Sequence record: OP123707.1
Direction: 5' to 3' (one strand)
Length of the DNA: 64,000 nt
The notes beneath the pieces are model-generated. The model did not search any database, was not told the origin of the DNA, and was given only the letters and a program-made list of their open reading frames with translations. Below, one piece after another: positions 20,915 to 30,842 of this stretch (positions within the stretch are counted from its first letter, which is position 1; each line of letters begins with the position of its first letter). Made by a program: the position numbers and the translations under genes.

Positions 20915-22141
20915 ATGTCTCAAATTCGTAATATGCTTATGGCTCACGCTGGCATGGAAACTCTAGACGCTGAAGAAGTAGCGGTAGTTGAAAAGACGGC
21001 TGAAGAAGTGGCTGAGCTAGTAGCAGACAAAGCTGCTGAAGAAGTCAAAGCTGAAGTTAACGAACTGGCTGACGAAGTTGAAGAACTGTCTGAAGAGATC
21101 GATGAGATCGAAGAAGACGTTGAAGAACTTGAAGAATGCGTTGACGGCATGGAAGCGTTGCTACAAGCTGGTGCATTCAACGGTGCAGCATTCGGTCTTC
21201 TTTACAACCGTGCAGAGAAACTAAACCGTAAACTTGGTGGCAACCAAGCTGGTTCTGTAGTTGGTCAAGAAGCTCTAGGCGATGCAACTTCTGCGGCTCT
21301 AGCAGCACGTGCTGGTATGGAAGACTTCATGGAAACTGCACGCGGCTACAAAGACGCAGCGGTTAAATTCATCATGTCTATGTACGAGTCGCTAAAAGCA
21401 TTCCTGAAAGGTCTGTTCGACAAGTCTGTTGCTATCGAAAACCAAGTGAAAGCAACGACTGCTCGTCTTGAAAAGACTGAAGAAATGAAGAAAGACGTTA
21501 AGCCAGGTAAATGGGCTTCTCTAGCGAAAATCCGTGACACGTCTAAGCTTAAAGCAATCACTTCAGCGGTTGACTCTGTAGTTTCTGCTGGTGCTAAACT
21601 AACAGCTAACGATGTTGCTGGTTACGCTAACGCTTACCGTGCGCTAAAAGCTGCTATCGTTAACCTTGGTAAAGAAGGCGAAAGCAAGCAAACTAAATCT
21701 GGCGACGCTACTACTCACCAAATCAAAGTTGGTGCAGTTCAGATTTCTGCGACTGTATTCGACGGCGAAATCAAAGAGCACGCTGACGTTTCTAAAGCAG
21801 CTAAAGCAACTCGCATCTCTTACAACGTAGCGAAAGCTGAAGGCGAAGTGAAGTTCGAAGCGCTAACTAAAGACAGCGCTAAACAGCTAATCGCTTCTGC
21901 TAAAGCAGACGGTGAAGCACTGAAAGGTCTGAAAGAGTCTAAAGCTGGTAACGACAAAGGTCGTGACGAACTAGTAGCAGCTCTTAAGAAGACTGAAGGC
22001 AAGAAAGAAGAGTGGGTTAAACCTTCTATCTCTGCACTGAAAGCTTCTACTTCAATGACGAACTCTGTGTTCACAGTTGTAGCTAAGATCCTTGGTAACG
22101 TAGCTGACGCTAAACTATCAGCTGTTAAAGCTTACCTATAA
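20915..22141 (+). CDS. Inner head paralog 6, probably the high-copy member
   Basis: AGME, DGME, VGQE and AGME sites; PGKW motif; ends KAYL; capsid-like optimised codon usage. Confidence 0.8.
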   Translation: MSQIRNMLMAHAGMETLDAEEVAVVEKTAEEVAELVADKAAEEVKAEVNELADEVEELSEEIDEIEEDVEELEECVDGMEALLQAGAFNGAAFGLLYNRAEKLNRKLGGNQAGSVVGQEALGDATSAALAARAGMEDFMETARGYKDAAVKFIMSMYESLKAFLKGLFDKSVAIENQVKATTARLEKTEEMKKDVKPGKWASLAKIRDTSKLKAITSAVDSVVSAGAKLTANDVAGYANAYRALKAAIVNLGKEGESKQTKSGDATTHQIKVGAVQISATVFDGEIKEHADVSKAAKATRISYNVAKAEGEVKFEALTKDSAKQLIASAKADGEALKGLKESKAGNDKGRDELVAALKKTEGKKEEWVKPSISALKASTSMTNSVFTVVAKILGNVADAKLSAVKAYL

Positions 22142-22171
22142 TCCAACTCCCGAGTGGGTTAGATAACTGTC

Positions 22172-22220
22172 AATCGGGGAGGGGCTTCGGTCCCTCCCCG
22201 ATTTTTACACTTTTTTATTT
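22172..22220 (+). terminator. Intrinsic terminator
   Basis: AATCGGGGAGGGGC-TTCG-GTCCCTCCCCGATT followed by T-runs. Confidence 0.85.
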
Positions 22221-22232
22221 AACGAGGTCGTT

Positions 22233-23315
22233 ATGCTTAATCAAACAGGCGGTGCTCCAGCTCAGATCTCTACCGTAAAAGACAAATACGAAGAGACCAA
22301 GGACGGAACCAACAAAGCACTGCGTGACGCCAAAGAACCGTTAGACCCTAAAGATGCGGGAGAAGTGAAATCCGAACTCCCTAATGACGGGGATGATTTT
22401 AAAGAGTCGATTGGGTCTACGGATTCCATTTACTCTTTAGGTGGGCTGAACTCCTTACCGGTAGATGGTTGTGAAGGTTTCGTGGAGAACGCTAAGGCTG
22501 CGGTGGAATGGTTATGGAAACGTGCGGTTGACATCTTTAACTTAATTGCTGATTATGTTTACAACCGAGTGTCTAATATCCGTCGTCGCATTACTCGTCT
22601 TAAGCACAGCTTTAATGATAATGGGGTATCTCTGAAAGACGCGAAGTACCCAGCGTCAGTGGTTCGTCTAACTTCGAACCCTACGGTTCCACGTACACCT
22701 AACTTTGCGATCAAGTCTCTTGAGCAAGCTCAGGAGATGTACAAAAAGGTCATGAAGCAACAAGACCAGATCAATAACCTCACACGTCCACTTCCACCAG
22801 AAACTACACGTGAACAATTGTTGAACTTCAGCGAATCGCTATCAAACTCGTACGTAAGTGCTTTAGGTGGTAATAAAGTCAAAGACCACGTTTATGAAGT
22901 TGATATGCCGACAGGCTTCCAGGTTATGAAAGCAACAAGCAATCGCGCTCGTGGCTTCAATGGCTTTGGTTTGAGTGAGTTCTTCCGACCTAAGATTAAA
23001 GTCAACATCCCTGAGTCATTCATTGTTTCAGCGGACGTGGTACAGAGTATTTTGTTGAAAGCGGACGTGCTGTTGATGGACGTAGAGAAAGTGCACAAGT
23101 CTCAACGTAGCTTCTCTAATAAGTTCAAGCGTTCTGTGGATCCTCTAGTGAGTTCTGTGAAGAACTACCCTGAGAAAACCCGTGAAGAGATCACTAAGTT
23201 CTACCGTTGGCTAGTGAACTACCAACACCGTACGATCTCCATTCCTCTTAACTACTACTTGAGTGTTATTTCTGCCAGCATCGATTTGGCGAAAGCCCAA
23301 GTTCACCAAAAGTAA
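22233..23315 (+). CDS. Inner head protein (phiKZ gp96-like)
   Basis: Hydrophilic propeptide, DGCE-GFVENAK site and amphipathic helix; size. Confidence 0.65.
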   Translation: MLNQTGGAPAQISTVKDKYEETKDGTNKALRDAKEPLDPKDAGEVKSELPNDGDDFKESIGSTDSIYSLGGLNSLPVDGCEGFVENAKAAVEWLWKRAVDIFNLIADYVYNRVSNIRRRITRLKHSFNDNGVSLKDAKYPASVVRLTSNPTVPRTPNFAIKSLEQAQEMYKKVMKQQDQINNLTRPLPPETTREQLLNFSESLSNSYVSALGGNKVKDHVYEVDMPTGFQVMKATSNRARGFNGFGLSEFFRPKIKVNIPESFIVSADVVQSILLKADVLLMDVEKVHKSQRSFSNKFKRSVDPLVSSVKNYPEKTREEITKFYRWLVNYQHRTISIPLNYYLSVISASIDLAKAQVHQK

Positions 23316-23324
23316 GGACACCTC

Positions 23325-24743
23325 ATGATCAAGGTATTCAAACACCTGTTCTTCCTTAACACGATTTACCGCGTGATTCGTACTAACTCGGCGATCACCG
23401 ATCATCGTGATGTTATCCTACTTCAACAAACGGCAAAAGACCTGGGCATCGATGAAGCTATCCTAGGTTCGTTTACTCTTACGGAACCTTACGTGCTAGT
23501 GAACGCCATGCGCAACGAACTGATTCTTCATGTACGCGAACTTGAGTCGTTTATTGACGGTGTGGATATTATCATCCCAGAAACCCTAGAGACGTTGTTA
23601 CAGGCTCAAACGTACGAAGACTACCTTCAGTTCTGTCCGGACTTAAATTTCGATCACGCTGGCTTCCTACGTTACGTTACCCCACGCCAACACACTAATG
23701 AGTTGGTGGAGTCTGGTGCCCTTCCAATGCACGCCGCGAATTTCTCTGTGGATTTGGAAGCATTAGTTGCGGAACTTTCTAAAGAGTTCGAACGTGACTT
23801 TGATCTGATCGATCGTTGCATCCGTGAAATGATGTTCATCTTTGCGATCTTCGAAAACATCGAATCAAAAGGCATGGATCTGTTCCTTGCGGAAGACACC
23901 CCAGACGACATCTGGTACAAAAAGTTCCGTCAAGGTATCGACGCAACCTCAACGCTGATTGAAGAAGCCCCAGCGATGTTAACCAACCCACATGAAGTTC
24001 CAGCAGAGCAGCGTGAGGAAATCACAAAAGCCGCAGCTGAATTGGACGTGGATGGCATGGAGTCGTTCTGGGCGAACGCCAGTAACGCAGAATCACTTAA
24101 GTTGCTTGGTCTTACCGGTAATGAAGCGTTTGCGGACGACATGAAGAAAATGGCGGGACGTGCAGCAGAAATGTTGGGTGCAGCCATGAAGTCTCTGAAA
24201 GCTCGCTTTGACGAACGTAAGAAAGAAGGTTCGAAAGAAGCCCAAGGTATCAAAGACGCAATCGATGCATCGATCACTAAGCTGAAAGGTAAAGCAGGTG
24301 AAGTGGATGGTGGTCTGATCGAACAGCTGAAGAAGAAATTGGATTCGGCTGGCTTTGGTGAGATGGCGTCTAAACTGAGTGGTGCTAAGAGCTACACTCA
24401 ACTGACCCAAGCGTTGGATGCAATCTCTGGTGAATTCACCACTAAGATCGAAAGCATGAAGGAAGCGGAATCGGCGATGGCGCAAGCGGAAGCGAAAGTC
24501 AAAGAAGCGTCTAACACCCCATCCGGGACTTCGGACGATGCAGCTCCTGAAGCTCAGACTAAACTGAAGGCTCAAATGAGTGAAGCAAGTAAAGATGCGA
24601 AAGCTCTGATGAAGTCGGCTTCTGATGCCATTGGTGAATCACTGAAAGGTCTTGCCGCACTGCGCAGCATTAAAGCGACACTGGACCGCATTGAAAAGGC
24701 TGCTGAAGCGAAAGTGGATGGTCAAGAAGCTTGGATGCTTTAA
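23325..24743 (+). CDS. Inner head protein (phiKZ gp97-like) with C-terminal coiled coil
   Basis: DGME and TGNE sites at about aa 245-267 and an Ala/Lys/Glu-rich helical C-terminal half. Confidence 0.6.
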   Translation: MIKVFKHLFFLNTIYRVIRTNSAITDHRDVILLQQTAKDLGIDEAILGSFTLTEPYVLVNAMRNELILHVRELESFIDGVDIIIPETLETLLQAQTYEDYLQFCPDLNFDHAGFLRYVTPRQHTNELVESGALPMHAANFSVDLEALVAELSKEFERDFDLIDRCIREMMFIFAIFENIESKGMDLFLAEDTPDDIWYKKFRQGIDATSTLIEEAPAMLTNPHEVPAEQREEITKAAAELDVDGMESFWANASNAESLKLLGLTGNEAFADDMKKMAGRAAEMLGAAMKSLKARFDERKKEGSKEAQGIKDAIDASITKLKGKAGEVDGGLIEQLKKKLDSAGFGEMASKLSGAKSYTQLTQALDAISGEFTTKIESMKEAESAMAQAEAKVKEASNTPSGTSDDAAPEAQTKLKAQMSEASKDAKALMKSASDAIGESLKGLAALRSIKATLDRIEKAAEAKVDGQEAWML

Positions 24744-24744
24744 T

Positions 24745-24791
24745 AATCGAACGAGTGGGTCTTTACGGACCCACTCGCTTTATTCGATTTT
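24745..24791 (+). terminator. Intrinsic terminator
   Basis: CGAGTGGGTC/GACCCACTCG stem, extended by AATCGAA/TTCGATT, with T-rich 3' side. Confidence 0.75.
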
Positions 24792-24817
24792 ATGATTATT
24801 AACCAAGGAGAGAGTTT

Positions 24818-26416
24818 ATGCTCACTGCGTTATTCGATGCTGGGGAAACGTACCGCAATGCGACACGCCCAGCGATTCTCGACAGCATCTACTCTGTACT
24901 CGAACACTATCAAGTCAGAGAAAAAGATCTGTTAGTATACTTGAACGGGGACGCCAGTGACGCGAGACCAATGCACACCAGTCATGACGATCCTTCCCGT
25001 TTGGGTTTCTTTACCGACTTCATTTATCGTAACAAACTGTTTGCTGTTGCAGAAGTGGTTACTACGGAGTTTAACTCCGGGTACGGTAACTTAGGTCGAC
25101 AAATCAACAACGCCCCATTATGGGAAGATAAAGACACTCGAACGTACATGACTCCGATCTTTGAAGGTCGTAAGATTAACGTCGATTGTAACGTCCACTT
25201 TAATACTCGCCAACAAGCCGTTAATTTCCGTAATCGTTTACAACGCATTTATGATGTCCAGGGGGCCAACCCATGGTTCCGTGCTCATATTCATTATCCC
25301 GTTCCTTATGAGTTCATGTTGTTGAGTTCTCACTTACAGCAACTCTCTATTGGTGGCGGTTACAGTGAAGCCGACAAAACCTATCCAGATTGGTTCATGG
25401 AGCGCTGTACGGTCCCTACAAGCGTGATTAGTAATGCCGTGGGTAACAATCCTATTTTTGCTATGAAACGTCGTATAGAGAACTCTGAGATCATTCTGGA
25501 AGAACCGACCATCGCATTGGTTCAGAAAAACCCAGAGGTGCTTGGGAAATACGAAGTCAGTTTCCGTTATTCGTTCTATTGGCAGGAGTTGATTAACTGG
25601 CGTGTGGATTATCCTTTGATGGTGAAGCAACAGCCATTGAGTGGGGATTTCATTAACGGTCCGTTACAAGAAGAAGGTGTTCCTTATTCCCCTTATAAGT
25701 TCTTTGAACTCCAAGCCGGAGATAACTTAAAGGGTTTTGATGGAACGAAGCATTACAACTACGCTCGTTACCCTTTGTACGACCCATGGTTCCCGCCAGC
25801 CAACTACGATCGAGTCGACCCTAAAGTCATCGTCAACTTCGTGGTGGAAGAAGGGGTGGAAGAACAGCTGCTCTTTAACATCAAAGAGATCCCTGGGATG
25901 CAATGGAACCCAATCATTCTGGATTTCATTTTGCAGTACCACGACCTGGTGACCGTCCGTAGTAATTTGATACTGTGGATGCAACTGTATTCTGATGATT
26001 TACCCGTCTTGCAGGAAGACATACGTTTGGATGTCGATGGTAACCTTTGGTTGTTACGCACCCCCGTGATTGAAAACAATTACCGTATGGTGTTAAACAT
26101 CGATGGTATGTTAGGGTTATTAACGTCAGAAGCCAAAGACCTCATCATCAAAGACGACAACTATCGTTTGAAAGTGATTCCTGAAGTCTTTCCATGGTGG
26201 AACTGGAACAAACGTCGTCCAGATGAAAACTCGGACGGTTGGGGAAATACTGCTACGCCTATCCCAGGGTGGGAGCCAAGCGAAGGTGATTATTACGACG
26301 ATCACAACGTGTCCACTCGGGATGAGTTAGAACAAGCCATTGACATCATTTCCGCTTTACCGGAATTCCCAGACACTCCATCTTTCATGATGGACATGTC
26401 TTTACGAGTAAGATAA
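24818..26416 (+). CDS. Virion structural protein (phiKZ gp98-like, tail/neck region)
   Basis: 532 aa; GGAGAG RBS; synteny and size. Confidence 0.6.
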   Translation: MLTALFDAGETYRNATRPAILDSIYSVLEHYQVREKDLLVYLNGDASDARPMHTSHDDPSRLGFFTDFIYRNKLFAVAEVVTTEFNSGYGNLGRQINNAPLWEDKDTRTYMTPIFEGRKINVDCNVHFNTRQQAVNFRNRLQRIYDVQGANPWFRAHIHYPVPYEFMLLSSHLQQLSIGGGYSEADKTYPDWFMERCTVPTSVISNAVGNNPIFAMKRRIENSEIILEEPTIALVQKNPEVLGKYEVSFRYSFYWQELINWRVDYPLMVKQQPLSGDFINGPLQEEGVPYSPYKFFELQAGDNLKGFDGTKHYNYARYPLYDPWFPPANYDRVDPKVIVNFVVEEGVEEQLLFNIKEIPGMQWNPIILDFILQYHDLVTVRSNLILWMQLYSDDLPVLQEDIRLDVDGNLWLLRTPVIENNYRMVLNIDGMLGLLTSEAKDLIIKDDNYRLKVIPEVFPWWNWNKRRPDENSDGWGNTATPIPGWEPSEGDYYDDHNVSTRDELEQAIDIISALPEFPDTPSFMMDMSLRVR

Positions 26417-26426
26417 CGAGGTTATT

Positions 26427-27713
26427 ATGGGTTTCTTAACCAAAGGTCCAGGGATCAATGATCAACCCGATATGGACCAACCAACCATCTACAATAAACT
26501 GTATCGTCACGCCATTGTCGATTCCGAATACACCCCACACACCAGTTTGCTGCACAACGTCAGTGGTCAACCGATTCGTTGTGATTACTACCGCCAGTAC
26601 CTAGGACAAGGTGAAGAAGTCCTCGGTCTCCAGCTGAATGACATTTCCACTTACCAGTCGTACACGGAAATCCGTAATCTCGTTTACAAACGGGATGGGG
26701 ACCCGTCTCGTAACTGGAACGAAGAACGTTACGAAGTCAACCAAACGTGGATGGGTTATTTCCTGTTTGACCTCACCCCATTAAAAGGGGACATCTTCGT
26801 TCAAGACATTGGTGATGGTCGTGCAGGTTTAGTGCAATTAACCAAGACCCCTGAACCGATGTCAATGGCACGGGACAAGGTCTACTACTGTGAATGTACA
26901 TTGCTGGAAGAAATGACTCAAGAGATTGAGGACAACATTCGCAGCAAAGTGGTGGAGACGTCGTGGTTCTCTTCTGAGTCCGCGTTAAAAGGTGGTCATG
27001 CGATCATCACTGAGAACGACCGCACCTTAAACGATCAATTGGATCGTTGGGCGTACATGATCTCACAACATCTGCTTACCACGCATTACTGGAATCCGGA
27101 GCGCACCATTGCGATTAAGGAAGGGGAAGATTACATTTACGACCCTTACTTAGTTCGTTATCTGCAACGGGTGATTCCTCACAAGTACATTCCAGGTGCT
27201 TCCCCAATCGAAGGACTAAACTTTACCGTAGGACGTAACTTCAACTACGAGAAAGACCTCACGATTTGGGATTGCTTTACCCAAGGTTCGTTTGACTTCC
27301 TACCGATGATTGATCGGACGATGTTCAAATACAACCGCACCAGCATGATGGGGACTCGTGGTTACACTGGGTTCTTAGCGACGAAGTTCGACTACATCGT
27401 GCTGCCATCTAAATTAGAGTTTAATGAACTCAACCCACTGTACGTGTCCCGAGACAATGGTTTGGCGTATCGTCCACCAGTAGAAGAACCGGATGCTTAC
27501 CAAAACTATTTCACTGACGAGTTTTACAACGGTTCTTACGGTAATGAGTTTGAACAATGGTGTAAAGCTTTCTTTGGAGACCGTACCGTGGATCGAGCCA
27601 AGCTTTTGCAACTTTGTAAAGATTATGCAAACTGGGAACCAAAAGACCAAATCTACCGAGCCGGTTTATTGGTCTCAGCGATCATGATCTCGAAACGCGT
27701 ATTCGGAGGATAA
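26427..27713 (+). CDS. Virion structural protein (phiKZ gp99-like)
   Basis: 428 aa; GAGG RBS; synteny. Confidence 0.6.
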   Translation: MGFLTKGPGINDQPDMDQPTIYNKLYRHAIVDSEYTPHTSLLHNVSGQPIRCDYYRQYLGQGEEVLGLQLNDISTYQSYTEIRNLVYKRDGDPSRNWNEERYEVNQTWMGYFLFDLTPLKGDIFVQDIGDGRAGLVQLTKTPEPMSMARDKVYYCECTLLEEMTQEIEDNIRSKVVETSWFSSESALKGGHAIITENDRTLNDQLDRWAYMISQHLLTTHYWNPERTIAIKEGEDYIYDPYLVRYLQRVIPHKYIPGASPIEGLNFTVGRNFNYEKDLTIWDCFTQGSFDFLPMIDRTMFKYNRTSMMGTRGYTGFLATKFDYIVLPSKLEFNELNPLYVSRDNGLAYRPPVEEPDAYQNYFTDEFYNGSYGNEFEQWCKAFFGDRTVDRAKLLQLCKDYANWEPKDQIYRAGLLVSAIMISKRVFGG

Positions 27714-27714
27714 T

Positions 27715-28413
27715 GTGGATATCGTCAGATATAAATTCACCCGCGATCGTTTGATTGAATTATGGCGGGATCTCTCATTTAGTGGCTTCCGTATGATGGT
27801 ACCACCACAGATGTTCTTAACAGAAAAAGAACTGATGGAACGGGAAAGCATTACGTATGAAAACCACTACGTTATGGGAGACGGTGTTACGTTGCACCAA
27901 CCCTATTTGATCACACTCCCTCAATTAAGGGGGTTGATTAAAGGGATCAACAAAAAGTCTAACATCGGGTTTTACGACGCTGACGATTCCATTACCCTTT
28001 TTAAGAAGATTACGGAGTATCTGGATCTCTGGATGGACGTCGCTAATGAAACCCCGCAATACTACATCCCACATGCGGATGAGTTGTATGACTTAGAAGA
28101 CATTGCGTTATGGATATTCCATACGTACCGTCCAACGTTGATTCACCAGATGAACCGCAAACTGCATCAAGATCGTGCCAATGCTGACTCGGCTCCTGAA
28201 GGCATGAACCCATTCTTAATCTTGTTGCGAATGGGTGCGTCAGAATCCGTAGAGGAAATCCCAGAAGATATTTCATTCATCTCAGTGTTGGATTCCCGCA
28301 TGCCTGACCGTCTTAAATCCCATTACGAGTCATTGCGTCAAGCGTCGACTAAGATGGACGTTGAAGACGAATGGCGTCTCAACATGTCTGACATTGCGCA
28401 ACTGATCGGTTAG
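27715..28413 (+). CDS. Conserved hypothetical protein (phiKZ gp100-like)
   Basis: 232 aa, GTG start with GGAGGA RBS; synteny. Confidence 0.55.
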   Translation: MDIVRYKFTRDRLIELWRDLSFSGFRMMVPPQMFLTEKELMERESITYENHYVMGDGVTLHQPYLITLPQLRGLIKGINKKSNIGFYDADDSITLFKKITEYLDLWMDVANETPQYYIPHADELYDLEDIALWIFHTYRPTLIHQMNRKLHQDRANADSAPEGMNPFLILLRMGASESVEEIPEDISFISVLDSRMPDRLKSHYESLRQASTKMDVEDEWRLNMSDIAQLIG

Positions 28414-28421
28414 GGGGCGAG

Positions 28422-29753
28422 ATGATTCCATTAGAGTTAAGTAACTTGATTGATCAGGCTACACTCAACGCCACCCAACCTTCTCCGTACATCCATGAGA
28501 TCACAGGTTCATTTGTGATCCCTGAAGGGTACGTTTCCATCATCGGGATTGAACGCATCACTGGACTGGGGAATTACGTGAGTAACCGCGGAGAAGACAT
28601 TCGCATTCGTGTTCGTCTTCAACCCGGGGTGTATCAACGTGAGGTGTTGCCTTATAAAGACGACTTACAGTTCGAGATGATCAATTCAACAGAAGCAGGG
28701 TCCTTTGTTCGCTACTACCGTTGCATCCCATTGTCGGTGAGTGACACGGAATCGTTGGGTAACACCACCAAAGAACTGGATCTCTCGATCTTCGATTCCC
28801 AGAACTTCATCAGTTTGGATTTCCAGCTGCTGGACCTGGGGTTCAGTAAGATGCGGACCATTCCGTTTTCTCAAACGTTCTTAAGTGCGAAAGTACGAGA
28901 CGTCATTCACTACATATTGTCGTCAGAAACATCACGATTGGGATTGCAAGGACAAGACGAGTTCCGTGGAGTAACGATTGAAGAACCCGTGGATAACCAA
29001 GTGGCGTATCGTCAGATTGTCTTCCCGCAAGGAAGGACCAACCTGATCAATATTGTTCAGTATCTACAGGAAAACGATTACGGGGTTTATTCTCGGGGAG
29101 TGGGGTCTTACTATGACCGAGGGGAGTGGCGTGTGTTCACGTTATGGGACACCACCAAATACGAACGGTCGGATTACACCCTGGACATCATTCGTATTCC
29201 TGAAGACGTCATGCCGAACATCGAACAGTCGTATTACTTAAACGAAGGTAATTTGAGTATTGTTTCTAATGGTCGGGCGGAGTTACGCAATTCTGTAGAC
29301 GTAAGAATCCAGAACGAAGGTACGGGCGCTCAGATCATTTCGAGCAAGGCAGCAGCGGGTAATGTGGGTCAACATTACAATAACGGCAAAACCACTTTAA
29401 CACGTAAGGACTCGCTAACGCAGTTCCGTACGGTTGAGAGGAAGTCCGGAGAAGAACGCATTTACGTGAATCCTAACCCGACTAACAACGTGGCTAGAGA
29501 GCTGTCTAAAGCTCGTGTGAACAACGGAGAAATCTTAACCATCCCATGGAAGAACGGCGATCATTATTTGATACGTCCGGGCATGCCCTTCCGTTATTAT
29601 TACTTAACGGGAGACGGGTTGTTAAAGATGCGGACCGGCACCGTAATAGGAAAGGCTTACGATTACGCTCCAGTGGATGCGTCCCCGATGTACAAGTTTT
29701 ATTGCAATTTGAATTTAACGTTGTTCATGGGTCTCGAAGAACAGTTCGCTTAA
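28422..29753 (+). CDS. Baseplate hub-like protein (phiKZ gp101-like)
   Basis: 443 aa, beta-rich, last gene of the late block; synteny and size. Confidence 0.6.
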   Translation: MIPLELSNLIDQATLNATQPSPYIHEITGSFVIPEGYVSIIGIERITGLGNYVSNRGEDIRIRVRLQPGVYQREVLPYKDDLQFEMINSTEAGSFVRYYRCIPLSVSDTESLGNTTKELDLSIFDSQNFISLDFQLLDLGFSKMRTIPFSQTFLSAKVRDVIHYILSSETSRLGLQGQDEFRGVTIEEPVDNQVAYRQIVFPQGRTNLINIVQYLQENDYGVYSRGVGSYYDRGEWRVFTLWDTTKYERSDYTLDIIRIPEDVMPNIEQSYYLNEGNLSIVSNGRAELRNSVDVRIQNEGTGAQIISSKAAAGNVGQHYNNGKTTLTRKDSLTQFRTVERKSGEERIYVNPNPTNNVARELSKARVNNGEILTIPWKNGDHYLIRPGMPFRYYYLTGDGLLKMRTGTVIGKAYDYAPVDASPMYKFYCNLNLTLFMGLEEQFA

Positions 29754-29794
29754 TAATCAGGGGTGGGTTAACCACCTCGGTTATTTTTGTTTTT
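29753..29794 (+). terminator. Intrinsic terminator ending the late block
   Basis: GGGGTGG/CCACCTC core stem extended by ATAATC/GGTTAT, followed by T-runs. Confidence 0.6.
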
Positions 29795-29799
29795 ATAAT

Positions 29800-29817
29800 A
29801 TTTCAAGTCTATATTAC
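29800..29817 (+). promoter_or_regulatory. Early (virion RNAP) promoter motif ATTTCAAGTCTATATTAC
   Basis: Contains the phiKZ early consensus TATATTAC; near-identical 18-mers at 42502, 43225 and 50905, each directly after a terminator. Confidence 0.75.
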
Positions 29818-29872
29818 TTAGATGAAACTATGCCCAGTTTGTATTTATTAAACTTTTTAAAAGGAAAAGAAC

Positions 29873-30796
29873 ATGAACAAGAAAACAGAAAAACCGACTT
29901 TGAATGCTGGCGAGTACTTTGATCGCAAGATGGAAGAGTTAGAACAAAAGAACGATGTGGCGCTGAAGCGCTTTTTAGACGACCAGTGTTACGATGTGAA
30001 GAAAAGCTTCATTGACTTGTCTGTCCGTGTCGTCGACTCTTTCTTAACGGACGGGAAGTTGGATAAGATCGCCATGCTTGCACACACCTTACCAACGTTC
30101 ATTGGGTGGGAGGAAGTTGAAACCAAGGACTTCCTCGACAACATATGTCGAAACGACATTGTCAGTATCCAGATCTTTGCTGACTGCGCACGTTTGATGT
30201 TGGATAAAGCCATCGGGGTTTACGGCATTCCTGTGTCCAAAACAGATGCCCAACAATCGATCCGTCACATCAGATCCGTAATGATGAACAGCACATACGG
30301 TGCCTATGGTACTCCGTATACACTCACACCACCGAGTTACTTCTTAGGTCCTAAATCGGTGAGCTTGTTAGAATTCCAAAATGTATTGGAGAAAGGCGAT
30401 TGGTTAACTGCACACACCTTAAAATCAGGGTGTGTTATGACGTGTTCCCGAGTGGATGAAATGGACTACAGTGGGTCTTACACCTTCGTCAACCTAACTA
30501 AGTCGTTCTACGATGAGAAAAACCATTTTGTCGATCTGATGGAATTGGAGTACCCTCGTAAGATCATCGACCGTTTAGTGGAAGAAGAATACATCCTTCC
30601 TAATTGGGAAACTCGTGCGGTAAATGTAGTCCCGTTCAAACCTGCTGGATTTAAACGTAAGTTGGGTGATAATCCTCAGGGCGTACATTTTGTTATGGAC
30701 GGTAAGAAGATACGTGTTCGTAAAGAACAAGCTGATACCAAACACAACTTACCTGAACTCTCTACACTAATGCAACGCATGATGAAGCGTCTTTAA
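29873..30796 (+). CDS. Hypothetical early protein, paralog of 30843..31610
   Basis: Shares EYFDRK, S[IL]Q[IL]FAD and SYFLGPK motifs with the next gene. Confidence 0.75.
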   Translation: MNKKTEKPTLNAGEYFDRKMEELEQKNDVALKRFLDDQCYDVKKSFIDLSVRVVDSFLTDGKLDKIAMLAHTLPTFIGWEEVETKDFLDNICRNDIVSIQIFADCARLMLDKAIGVYGIPVSKTDAQQSIRHIRSVMMNSTYGAYGTPYTLTPPSYFLGPKSVSLLEFQNVLEKGDWLTAHTLKSGCVMTCSRVDEMDYSGSYTFVNLTKSFYDEKNHFVDLMELEYPRKIIDRLVEEEYILPNWETRAVNVVPFKPAGFKRKLGDNPQGVHFVMDGKKIRVRKEQADTKHNLPELSTLMQRMMKRL

Positions 30797-30842
30797 TTCA
30801 TCGTCACTTAAACCCACAATAATTTATTTAAGGATATTTCCC

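Noticed and set aside
20944-21180. Ser/Thr-rich antisense ORF
   Set aside because: Simple reverse-strand read of the GAA/GCT-rich acidic coiled coil.
14215-22141. Array considered as CRISPR-like or invertase-driven shufflon
   Set aside because: Similarity is at protein level, all genes are co-oriented and intact, and no recombinase, inverted crossover sites or repeat-spacer periodicity is present.
24093-24575. 160-aa antisense ORF rich in Phe/Arg/Leu
   Set aside because: Mirror of the Ala/Lys/Glu-rich sense gene; no independent coding signal.
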